Part shown: positions 56,895 through 64,000 of the stretch, piece after piece
Layout: every line of letters begins with the position of its first letter
Numbering within the stretch: the stretch's first letter is position 1
Assembly (NCBI GenBank): GCA_035341855.1
Contig: DAOQWA010000007.1
Coordinates: 18,646 to 82,645, forward strand
Source: Bacteroidia bacterium
GTDB taxonomy: Bacteria > Bacteroidota > Bacteroidia > AKYH767-A > 2013-40CM-41-45
Direction of reading: 5' to 3'
DNA: 64,000 bases
Position numbers and translations under genes: made by a program
The notes under the pieces: generated by a model
What the model saw: only the letters and a program-made list of their open reading frames with translations
What the model was told of the DNA's origin: nothing
Databases searched by the model: none

Positions 56895-58052
56895 TTAATT
56901 CGAAGAACACTTCATCATACTATTCCACAGATCATCAGCCGTTTTTTGCCAGCTGAATGCATCTTTTCTTTGTAAGCCTTTTTCGATCAGGGACTGCCTT
57001 AGTTTTTCGTTTTCTGTGAGTTCGATCATAGCCTTTGAAATGTCTTCAACATTGAAAGGGTTTACTAATAATGCTGCATCGGCTGCAATTTCCGGCATAG
57101 AAGTAGTATTGGAGCAAATTACAGGCACACCACAACGGAAAGCTTCAACAATAGGAATTCCGAATCCTTCGAATAAGGAAACATAAGTAAGTGCAAATGC
57201 AGATGCTGTCAGTAAGTACAACTCCTGATCCGGGATCCTTCCGGTGAAGATCACATCTTTTTGGTGTTCCATTTCCGAGAATGCAGACTGCATATCATTT
57301 GTCCACCATCTTTTAGTACCGGCAAGGACAAGGACAAAGTCTTTTCCGGTCATTTTTTTATACAGATCAAATGCTTTTAAAAGCTTGGCAATATTTTTTC
57401 TTTGGTGCAGTGTGCCAATAAACAGAAAATATTCTTTTCCATCTGAGTATTTGTCGCGAATTGTCTTTTTTAAATCGTCTGAGATGGGTATGAAACCTTC
57501 ACTGGCACCGTTGTACACTATATCAATTTTATTTTCGGGCAGGCTATAGGTGGAGGCAATATCATTCTTTGAAAATTCAGAAACAGAGGCAATTCTATGT
57601 GCCTTTTTTGCAAAACGGGGAAAGAAGAAGCGATAGTAGAAGCGGTAGATAAACGGAAGATCTCCCGGATAATGTTCGAAGTTTATATCGTGAATGACCG
57701 CAAGACTTTTCACTTTTGATGTCAATGAAAGAAATCCGTCTGTGGAAACGAATAAATTTGGTTTTGTTTTTTTTAGCAGTCTTGCAAGCGACCATTCATA
57801 CCATATTACCCACAAGACAGGATGTCTTGCTGCCGGAGAAATGATTACCGGCTTTACGTTATCCGCAAATAAAAATGAATTGTCATAAGGCCTGTCGAAA
57901 ATAAAAATGAATTCATGTTCAGGGTGCTGCTGAGTGATCCTTTTGAAGCTTTCGTATGTAAAGTACCCGATTCCCTCCATTTTGTTTAAACGAAGCATAC
58001 GAGTATTGACTGCAATAATCATAGAAGTTAATTCTGGTGCGAAAATAAGCAT
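56895..58052 (-). CDS. glycosyltransferase family 4 (GT-B, retaining)
   Basis: [29 protein letters not shown] (E-x7-E region). Confidence 0.85.
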   Translation of the reverse strand: MLIFAPELTSMIIAVNTRMLRLNKMEGIGYFTYESFKRITQQHPEHEFIFIFDRPYDNSFLFADNVKPVIISPAARHPVLWVIWYEWSLARLLKKTKPNLFVSTDGFLSLTSKVKSLAVIHDINFEHYPGDLPFIYRFYYRFFFPRFAKKAHRIASVSEFSKNDIASTYSLPENKIDIVYNGASEGFIPISDDLKKTIRDKYSDGKEYFLFIGTLHQRKNIAKLLKAFDLYKKMTGKDFVLVLAGTKRWWTNDMQSAFSEMEHQKDVIFTGRIPDQELYLLTASAFALTYVSLFEGFGIPIVEAFRCGVPVICSNTTSMPEIAADAALLVNPFNVEDISKAMIELTENEKLRQSLIEKGLQRKDAFSWQKTADDLWNSMMKCSSN

Positions 58053-58276
58053 CCTATTGCTACCAGTCCGATGAAAGAGAAAAAAATCTATTCATTCGTT
58101 TAAACTCTGTAGATTTTTCAGATGCATATCATTGAAAACATACATTACAAACCTTCTTGTTTTGGTAGGTTCAATGGGGAGGATGCTAACTTGTTGACTC
58201 ATTTTTGTTGATAAATGAAGCGAGATTGACACCTTAAAGTGTACGACAGGCATCAAAAACAGTATTTTTGTGAAGG

Positions 58277-59212
58277 ATGAAATTTGATAAATCGACATCC
58301 CTCAGTGAGCTTGCCGAATTGACAGGGACGAGGGTAATTGGTGACGGTACGTCAATGGTGACCGGAATCAACGAAATACATAAGGTAGAAAAAGGAGATA
58401 TCACGTTTGTTGATCATCCTAAATATTATGCTAAAGCATTAGGATCTGCCGCCACCTTTGTGATTATAAATAAGGATATGGAGGCTCCCGAGGGTAAAGC
58501 GCTATTGTTTTCAGAAGATCCTTTCTTAAGTTATAATACCATCGTAAGTAAATTCAGGACCTTTGAATCGAGTAATCAATCAGTCAGTCAGAAAGCTAAA
58601 ATTGCTGCCGGGACGGTTATTCAACCGGGAGTTTTCATTGGACATCATGTTGTTATCGGGAAAAATTGCATCATACATTCCAATGTCAGTATTTATGATC
58701 ACAGTGTGATAGGGGATAATGTAATTATTCACGCAAATACAGTGATTGGAGCTGATGCATTTTATTTTAAGAGAAGGCCGGAGGCATATGATAAAATGCT
58801 CACATGTGGTAGGGTAGTCATTCATGATAATGTTGAGATTGGTGCTTCTTGTACCATTGATAAAGGGGTATCAGGAGATACTATAATCGGCAAAGGAACT
58901 AAGCTTGATAATATGGTTCACATAGGGCATGATACAGTTATTGGTCAGAATTGCTTATTTGCTGCACAAGTTGGTATTGCGGGAGTCGTCACGATCGAAG
59001 ATGACGTTATTTTGTGGGGACAGGTTGGAGTGCAAAAAGATCTGACTATAGGTAAAGGAGCCGTAGTGTTGGGGAAGTCAGGTGTTCCAAAATCTCTTGA
59101 AGGCGGTAAGACTTATTTTGGTGCACCTACCCAGGATGCGAGAGATAAAATGAAAGAGCTTGCGTTCATCAAGCAACTTCCCGGAATAATTGAAAAGTTA
59201 AAAGAAAGATAA
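58277..59212 (+). CDS. lpxD: UDP-3-O-acylglucosamine N-acyltransferase
   Basis: LpxD-type N-terminal domain followed by left-handed beta-helix hexapeptide repeats (VIGKNCIIHSNVSIYDHSVIGDNVIIHANTVIG...). 311 aa. Confidence 0.9.
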   Translation: MKFDKSTSLSELAELTGTRVIGDGTSMVTGINEIHKVEKGDITFVDHPKYYAKALGSAATFVIINKDMEAPEGKALLFSEDPFLSYNTIVSKFRTFESSNQSVSQKAKIAAGTVIQPGVFIGHHVVIGKNCIIHSNVSIYDHSVIGDNVIIHANTVIGADAFYFKRRPEAYDKMLTCGRVVIHDNVEIGASCTIDKGVSGDTIIGKGTKLDNMVHIGHDTVIGQNCLFAAQVGIAGVVTIEDDVILWGQVGVQKDLTIGKGAVVLGKSGVPKSLEGGKTYFGAPTQDARDKMKELAFIKQLPGIIEKLKER

Positions 59213-59215
59213 ATT

Positions 59216-60469
59216 TTGGCATCAACACCCAAACAGATCACAGGAGCACCTGAAACAATTTCAGCAGAGCTGCACGTCAAGAAATTGCAATTACATTGGC
59301 TGTTGCAAATTACCAAAGCAATCAACTATAGTTTTTCTACCAAGCAAATGCTTGATGTATATGAGCATGTGCTCATCAGCCAGCTGAAGGTGGAGAAACT
59401 GGCGCTCCTGATTAATGTGAATGGATGGAGTTGTGCTTTAAGTTATGGGACAGATAAAGGAATGAAAGAGTTTGACATTGATAAAACTCTCAATGAGCTC
59501 AATCATTTGCATAATCTTGAAACGGAAAGGGAGTTGTGGATCAAAACTTTTGATTCAATGCTTCCTGTACATCACAAGGATCACATACTTGCATATGCAC
59601 TTATAGGTGGTTTTGAGAATAGTGTGATCCCTAAGAAAAATGAGCTGGTATCTTTTATTCAAACGATCACCAATTTAATCGTAGTTGCGATAGAGAATAA
59701 TAATATTGCTCAGGAAAAGATCAGACAGGCGGGGATCAGAAAGGAATTGGAGTTGGCTGCACAAATGCAGGCCCTGCTTTTTCCGGTAGATCTCACTGCA
59801 ACACCTGAATTTGATGTGCATGCTACTTATCTTCCTCATCAGGAAGTCGGAGGTGATTACTATGATTATATCCCTTTGAATGATGATGAGTTTGTATTTT
59901 GTATGGCAGATGTGAGCGGTAAAGGGATACCTGCAGCACTTCTTATGTCAAATTTCCAGGCGAATCTTCATGCTCATGTGCATCATATCACTTCATTGAG
60001 TAGTCTGGTAAGGTTGCTGAATACAAAAGTTTACACCAGTGCCAAGGGTGAAAAATTCATTACTTTCTTTATCGGAAGGTTTAATATCCGTACCAAAGAA
60101 TTGCATTATGTGAATGCAGGCCACAATCCTCCATTCCTGATTCATGAAAAGGTAGTCTACATGCTGAATGAAGGAAGCACAGGGTTAGGAATGTTTGAGG
60201 AGCTGCCCTTCGTAAATCCGGGGAAGGTTTTTATTCCTGAGAATGCACAATTACATTGCTATACGGATGGAGTTACAGACGTTGAGAATTCTGAAGAAAG
60301 AGAGTTTGGCATGGAGAGGCTGCGAGAATTTTTAACGTCAAAGGCTCATCTCAAGGATCTGGCAATGCTCCAGCAAGATCTGGTAGCCACATTGAAAGCT
60401 TTTAAAGAGAACAGGGATTTTACAGATGATATTACTCTGCTGAGTTTTTTATTTAAAGGCTCCGGCTGA
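59216..60469 (+). CDS. PP2C/SpoIIE-family serine phosphatase with N-terminal sensory (GAF-like) region
   Basis: GGDYYDYIP..., FCMADVSGKGIPAALLMS, HYVNAGHNPPFL and CYTDGVTD motifs. Confidence 0.8.
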   Translation: MASTPKQITGAPETISAELHVKKLQLHWLLQITKAINYSFSTKQMLDVYEHVLISQLKVEKLALLINVNGWSCALSYGTDKGMKEFDIDKTLNELNHLHNLETERELWIKTFDSMLPVHHKDHILAYALIGGFENSVIPKKNELVSFIQTITNLIVVAIENNNIAQEKIRQAGIRKELELAAQMQALLFPVDLTATPEFDVHATYLPHQEVGGDYYDYIPLNDDEFVFCMADVSGKGIPAALLMSNFQANLHAHVHHITSLSSLVRLLNTKVYTSAKGEKFITFFIGRFNIRTKELHYVNAGHNPPFLIHEKVVYMLNEGSTGLGMFEELPFVNPGKVFIPENAQLHCYTDGVTDVENSEEREFGMERLREFLTSKAHLKDLAMLQQDLVATLKAFKENRDFTDDITLLSFLFKGSG

Positions 60470-60474
60470 TCTGT

Positions 60475-61416
60475 TCATCTGTTGAACAAAGAATAAATGT
60501 ATGAGTGGCTCACTGCAATCTCCTCCGGTGTATATTTTGAGAACTTTTTGTCGATTTTTAAACGAGCCAGTTCAGCTAAATTTCCAGGGCGATTTTCTAC
60601 CAGAGAAACCGGAATACTGAGGTCTTCATACATTTTTAGATAATCAGGAAGCCGTAGCCTGTTCATGGGTTGCACGCTATTGTCAATCCATTTCCATTGA
60701 CTATCTGAGAAGCGAAGAAAATTGTAGATGCTAATACTTTTATCGAAATGAGCAAAGTGATCAGACATGTCAACAAAGTGCGACATAACTCCGCCATCCT
60801 TTTTTGTTAGCCTTGAAAATTCTTTTAGAATGTTTTTAAGAATTGCCGGATAAACGTGTTCGAATGTGTTATTCGAATGTACAAGATCGAATGATGAAGT
60901 ATCAAATTGTGTTTGACTTGCATCTGTAATGCTCAAATGCAGATTGAGGCCCTTGCAAATTTCGTCCTCGGAATATTGCGAAGCATTTTTTGACAGTTCA
61001 TTTAATGCTTCAATCCTTTGCGGAATTAAATTAAACTGAGAAAATAAATGTTTTTTGTCCGGCGATGAGAGGCTGAAGGCTAGCTTTTTTAGTGTGGTTG
61101 TTAACCGCTCCTTATTAGTCAGCTTTGCTATATCTATAGAATGAATTTCACTTGACCCGCTTAAATAAAGCATGAATGGTACCACAGGATACCAGCCGGT
61201 ACCAAGTTCAAGGGTTTTATGCGGAATGGGATTTTTAGAAAGGGTGGAATAGCCCCTTAGATGATTTGATGCATGTATAAGCCGGTCCTCGAAATATTCA
61301 TCTGAAAGGAAAACGCCCTTCGTAATGTGTTTTTGAAAGAAAAAATTTAGCTTATGCTTAAATGGTAAAAATGAAATAGTCTTTTGAAAACACGCTTTTA
61401 AAACCCACTTTTTCAT
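60475..61416 (-). CDS. class I SAM-dependent methyltransferase
   Basis: Motif I LELGTGWY and the surrounding Rossmann-like pattern. Confidence 0.7.
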   Translation of the reverse strand: MKKWVLKACFQKTISFLPFKHKLNFFFQKHITKGVFLSDEYFEDRLIHASNHLRGYSTLSKNPIPHKTLELGTGWYPVVPFMLYLSGSSEIHSIDIAKLTNKERLTTTLKKLAFSLSSPDKKHLFSQFNLIPQRIEALNELSKNASQYSEDEICKGLNLHLSITDASQTQFDTSSFDLVHSNNTFEHVYPAILKNILKEFSRLTKKDGGVMSHFVDMSDHFAHFDKSISIYNFLRFSDSQWKWIDNSVQPMNRLRLPDYLKMYEDLSIPVSLVENRPGNLAELARLKIDKKFSKYTPEEIAVSHSYIYSLFNR

Positions 61417-61476
61417 TTTGTCTTTTTGTAATGCTATACTTTTTGTCCTTAAAAGAAGGGTCCGATATAAATCGTT

Positions 61477-62922
61477 TTATCGGCGATGAAAATCTTCTTC
61501 TTCGCTGTTTTTATCCTGATGATAGATATCCAAAGCTACAAGAATAGATATGAACGCCCACACCGGTACTGATAATTTGTCGGTATCCAGAAAGTTGTTC
61601 AGGAAACCATGGGTAAAGTAGGATACTAGTCCTAAAAGTATGCTCAGACTGAGCAGTCTCAGCCATGGATCTTTTGACCTGGAATACATCATTGTGCCTG
61701 TATACACCACTGTAGCAACAATTAGAAGTATGGCCAGCATTCCCGGAAAACCTTGTTCAGCAAGAGGTCCGAGGTATTCGCTATGTGCATTGCCGGCATC
61801 ACCGGCATTTGTGGAGATGATTGTCATTTCACTGGATTTCTGAAATGGCGCATAGTTAAATTGATATGTACCCGGTCCCCATCCGAGGAAGGGTCTTTCT
61901 TCAAACATTCTGAGTGAGGAATTCCACCGATTAATACGTTCCAGATTTGAAGCGTCAGTAGATATATTTGAAATTGATTTCAGGTGCTTGTTAATATCTG
62001 TTGCAGAGTCCTGGTCGTTCTTTTCCAACTTCAGCATGATGTCTGTCTGAAAAACCAGGAAGACACTAAGTATGCTGATTCCGACAATAGCTACCGTATA
62101 AAATCGAATTCTGAATTTGAAGATCAGGTAAACGATGAAGGCTACTAGCAGGCTCAACCATGCAGCACGGGTATAAGATAATATTATTGCCAAAAGTAAA
62201 ATCGAAAAAACGATCATTGATATGCTGCGGTTTCTATTGCTATTATTCCATCCGGTAGAAAATAAGAGAAACACGGGTAAGAAAAGTGCTATGACAGCAG
62301 CATAAGCAGTATGATCATTATAAAAAGGACTCATCACCCAATGAGCAGATTTTTGTGTCCAGTCGTGTTGCGCATGTCTGACAATGGTGTATCCTATCAC
62401 TATAAGCAGACTCAACACGTAAAGCCACATGAAGGTTGATATGTTCTTCTTGTTCCTGAATAACTGTGTTCCCAGAAAGTACATTGGAAGAATGAACCAA
62501 AGCTGCGAAATAAAGAATTTCAAAGAAACGATCGGGTAGGAGCTGGTTATTGAGGTTATCAGCATCCAGACTAAGTGAATAAGTATAGCAATGCTGACTG
62601 GATGCCATAATACTCTTTTATCGAACTTTCCTTCAAATAGTAATTTGAAAATGAAGAGAAGCATCACACCAAACAATAGTGGTTCTGAAGGGATGCTTAA
62701 TGCCGGGCCTCCTGTTTTTTCATTGAGAATAATTCCAAGAGGAGTACTGAATGCGATGATCAATAATATGATGTCGAGACGGTAAATGGAAAGGTATAGA
62801 ACACCCAATACTAATGGTGTTGCCGCAACCCAATACATTTCCCGGGAAAGAAAGAAAATACTCAGCCCTAAAAATGAAAGAGTAATAAGGTAAAACCAGC
62901 GAAGTTCTATTTTATCCAGCAC
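61477..62922 (-). CDS. O-antigen ligase/polymerase (Wzy_C domain) family membrane protein
   Basis: About 12 TM helices and the characteristic periplasmic loop SYTRAAWLSLLVAF. Confidence 0.75.
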   Translation of the reverse strand: MLDKIELRWFYLITLSFLGLSIFFLSREMYWVAATPLVLGVLYLSIYRLDIILLIIAFSTPLGIILNEKTGGPALSIPSEPLLFGVMLLFIFKLLFEGKFDKRVLWHPVSIAILIHLVWMLITSITSSYPIVSLKFFISQLWFILPMYFLGTQLFRNKKNISTFMWLYVLSLLIVIGYTIVRHAQHDWTQKSAHWVMSPFYNDHTAYAAVIALFLPVFLLFSTGWNNSNRNRSISMIVFSILLLAIILSYTRAAWLSLLVAFIVYLIFKFRIRFYTVAIVGISILSVFLVFQTDIMLKLEKNDQDSATDINKHLKSISNISTDASNLERINRWNSSLRMFEERPFLGWGPGTYQFNYAPFQKSSEMTIISTNAGDAGNAHSEYLGPLAEQGFPGMLAILLIVATVVYTGTMMYSRSKDPWLRLLSLSILLGLVSYFTHGFLNNFLDTDKLSVPVWAFISILVALDIYHQDKNSEEEDFHRR

Positions 62923-62937
62923 GAGAGCCTCCCGGAA

Positions 62938-63891
62938 TTAATTTATCTTGTTACGGTGGTGAAATATTAATAGTGTTAATGCGGCAACAAGCAAGGATGC
63001 CCCTACAGAAATCACAACAATTAACCAACGCACCGGAAACGATTTTTTATCGGATGGTTGTGGTTTAGTCACGACATTCGCATAGGTCAATTTTTTGTAT
63101 ACGTCACGTTCGGCATTTTCATAAATCAACATGAGATCATTGTAGTCTCCTCTTACCCGCCATAGATGTTCATTGAGTGAATTTAGGTCACCACCTTTTT
63201 CCTTCAAAGAATTAAGCAAATTCTGTGCTTCAGAAACCGCTTTGCCACTACCTGATCGCAATGCCCTTAAGTATCCTCTCGTAGCTTCTCTGGTCTGTTC
63301 TTTATAGTCCAGTAATCCGTATTCTGTTCTGAACTGTTTCAGTTTTGCTTCCATTGAATCCATTTGCAACTTTTTTTGATCCAATTGATTTTTTGAGATA
63401 ATCAATACTTCTTTCGATTTCTCTGCCTGGAGTTGCCTTGCTTTAACATCAAAGTAATGAATAATCGAGTCGACCATTTGTGCTGCAATTACAGGATCGG
63501 TGTCGTAAACCGTGATCTCCATTGTTTCATATTCGGTCTTCTTGATACTTACATTTTCTTCGTATGTTTTTATAACCTCAGATTTATAAAATTTATTTTT
63601 CGTCGTATCAATTTCGTAATGCTCGTACAGATTGAATGAATTGATGACCCAGTTACGAATATCCGAGGATTGCGCTAATTGAAGCATTTGTTCGGTTGCG
63701 CTCTCATTACTATATGCAATCAGGTTGGATGGATATATTAATGCGAAAGCCTTGAACTTTGGTTTGATGAACCATGGCGATGAAAAAAGAACTGAAGCGC
63801 CAAGGCTTACGAGCCCAACGATTATCAGGTGTTTTTTCCATTTGCCAAAAGCAGAGATAATTTCTGTTGAGTCAAAAAACGATTTATTCAT
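62938..63891 (-). CDS. Wzz/GumC-like polysaccharide chain-length-determinant protein
   Basis: N-terminal TM (IIVGLVSLGASVLF), a long coiled-coil periplasmic region, and a C-terminal TM (WLIVVISVGASLLVAALTLLIF). Start placed at ATG 63891. The listed start at 63957 is a GTG that would overlap the upstream gene. Confidence 0.6.
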   Translation of the reverse strand: MNKSFFDSTEIISAFGKWKKHLIIVGLVSLGASVLFSSPWFIKPKFKAFALIYPSNLIAYSNESATEQMLQLAQSSDIRNWVINSFNLYEHYEIDTTKNKFYKSEVIKTYEENVSIKKTEYETMEITVYDTDPVIAAQMVDSIIHYFDVKARQLQAEKSKEVLIISKNQLDQKKLQMDSMEAKLKQFRTEYGLLDYKEQTREATRGYLRALRSGSGKAVSEAQNLLNSLKEKGGDLNSLNEHLWRVRGDYNDLMLIYENAERDVYKKLTYANVVTKPQPSDKKSFPVRWLIVVISVGASLLVAALTLLIFHHRNKIN

Positions 63892-63913
63892 TGTTATTGA
63901 TATTGTTTTAGTA

Positions 63914-64000
63914 TTAGTATTGAAGTTCTTTAATGCGTTCTTTGATGAGTATGACACTCAGCCCCATCAGGAAAGCAGCCAGTGTCGTAACCAGTACAAT
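63914..64000 (-). CDS. 3' end of an upstream minus-strand gene (C-terminal TM helix plus charged tail, possibly another Wzz-like protein), truncated by the window edge
   Basis: The frame is open from the window edge: ...IVLVTTLAAFLMGLSVILIKERIKELQY, with stop TAA at 63914-63916. Confidence 0.35.
   Translation of the reverse strand: MVLVTTLAAFLMGLSVILIKERIKELQY

Noticed and set aside
58262-58269. TATTTTTG (TAnnTTTG) just 8 nt upstream of the lpxD ATG as a promoter -7 element
   Set aside because: It is too close to the start codon to be a normal -7 element unless the mRNA is leaderless. I cannot distinguish it from chance occurrence in AT-rich DNA.
1-64000. Mobile elements or genomic island boundaries
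   Set aside because: There are no transposase, integrase, phage, IS inverted-repeat or tRNA-flank signatures. Composition appears uniform across the window.

Overview
This 64 kb window looks like a chromosomal segment of a Bacteroidota-type genome. That inference rests on five things: T9SS type-A C-terminal sorting domains, SprB-type repeats, a DUF2911 protein, an 11-subunit nuo operon, and a Sec/lipoprotein-type clade II nosZ. It is gene-dense on both strands and I found no transposase, integrase, CRISPR array, rRNA or tRNA.

Content in order along the window:
1. A YceI-like protein and a small DUF3817 membrane protein.
2. A putative cyclic-nucleotide signalling trio: a hybrid histidine kinase with an N-terminal cNMP-binding domain, an HD-domain hydrolase, and a convergent TPR/class III nucleotidyl cyclase.
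3. A giant (about 3650 aa) T9SS-secreted multidomain surface protein with LamG-like, PKD-like and SprB-repeat regions and a subtilase-like (S8) domain. Its interior carries a striking block of 18-bp tandem repeats encoding (A/G)RAIVN hexapeptides. A second T9SS cargo protein sits immediately upstream.
4. Membrane and transport genes: a polytopic membrane protein, a DUF2911 protein, and a sodium:solute symporter translationally coupled to an unlisted 46-aa membrane ORF. These are followed by a PIG-L/LmbE deacetylase fused to a GATase1-like domain and a T9SS beta-propeller protein.
5. A complete nuoABCDHIJKLMN operon with no nuoEFG.
6. A cluster of two-component genes: a PAS sensor kinase, two stand-alone receiver proteins, and a NarL/LuxR-type regulator.
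7. A divergently transcribed clade II nitrous-oxide reductase cluster: cytochrome c, nosZ, a nosB-like gene, then nosL, nosD, nosF and nosY.
8. A three-gene minus-strand envelope operon of unknown function: a membrane-anchored 898-aa protein, a 536-aa lipoprotein, and a beta-barrel/TSP3/OmpA protein.
9. rnhB, followed by a cell-envelope glycan block: a GT4 glycosyltransferase, lpxD, a PP2C phosphatase, a SAM methyltransferase, an O-antigen-ligase-like protein and a Wzz-like protein.

The most novel-looking items are the hexapeptide repeat block inside the giant adhesin/protease gene, the two-component cluster wedged between the nuo and nos operons, the putative cNMP circuit, and the uncharacterised three-gene envelope operon.
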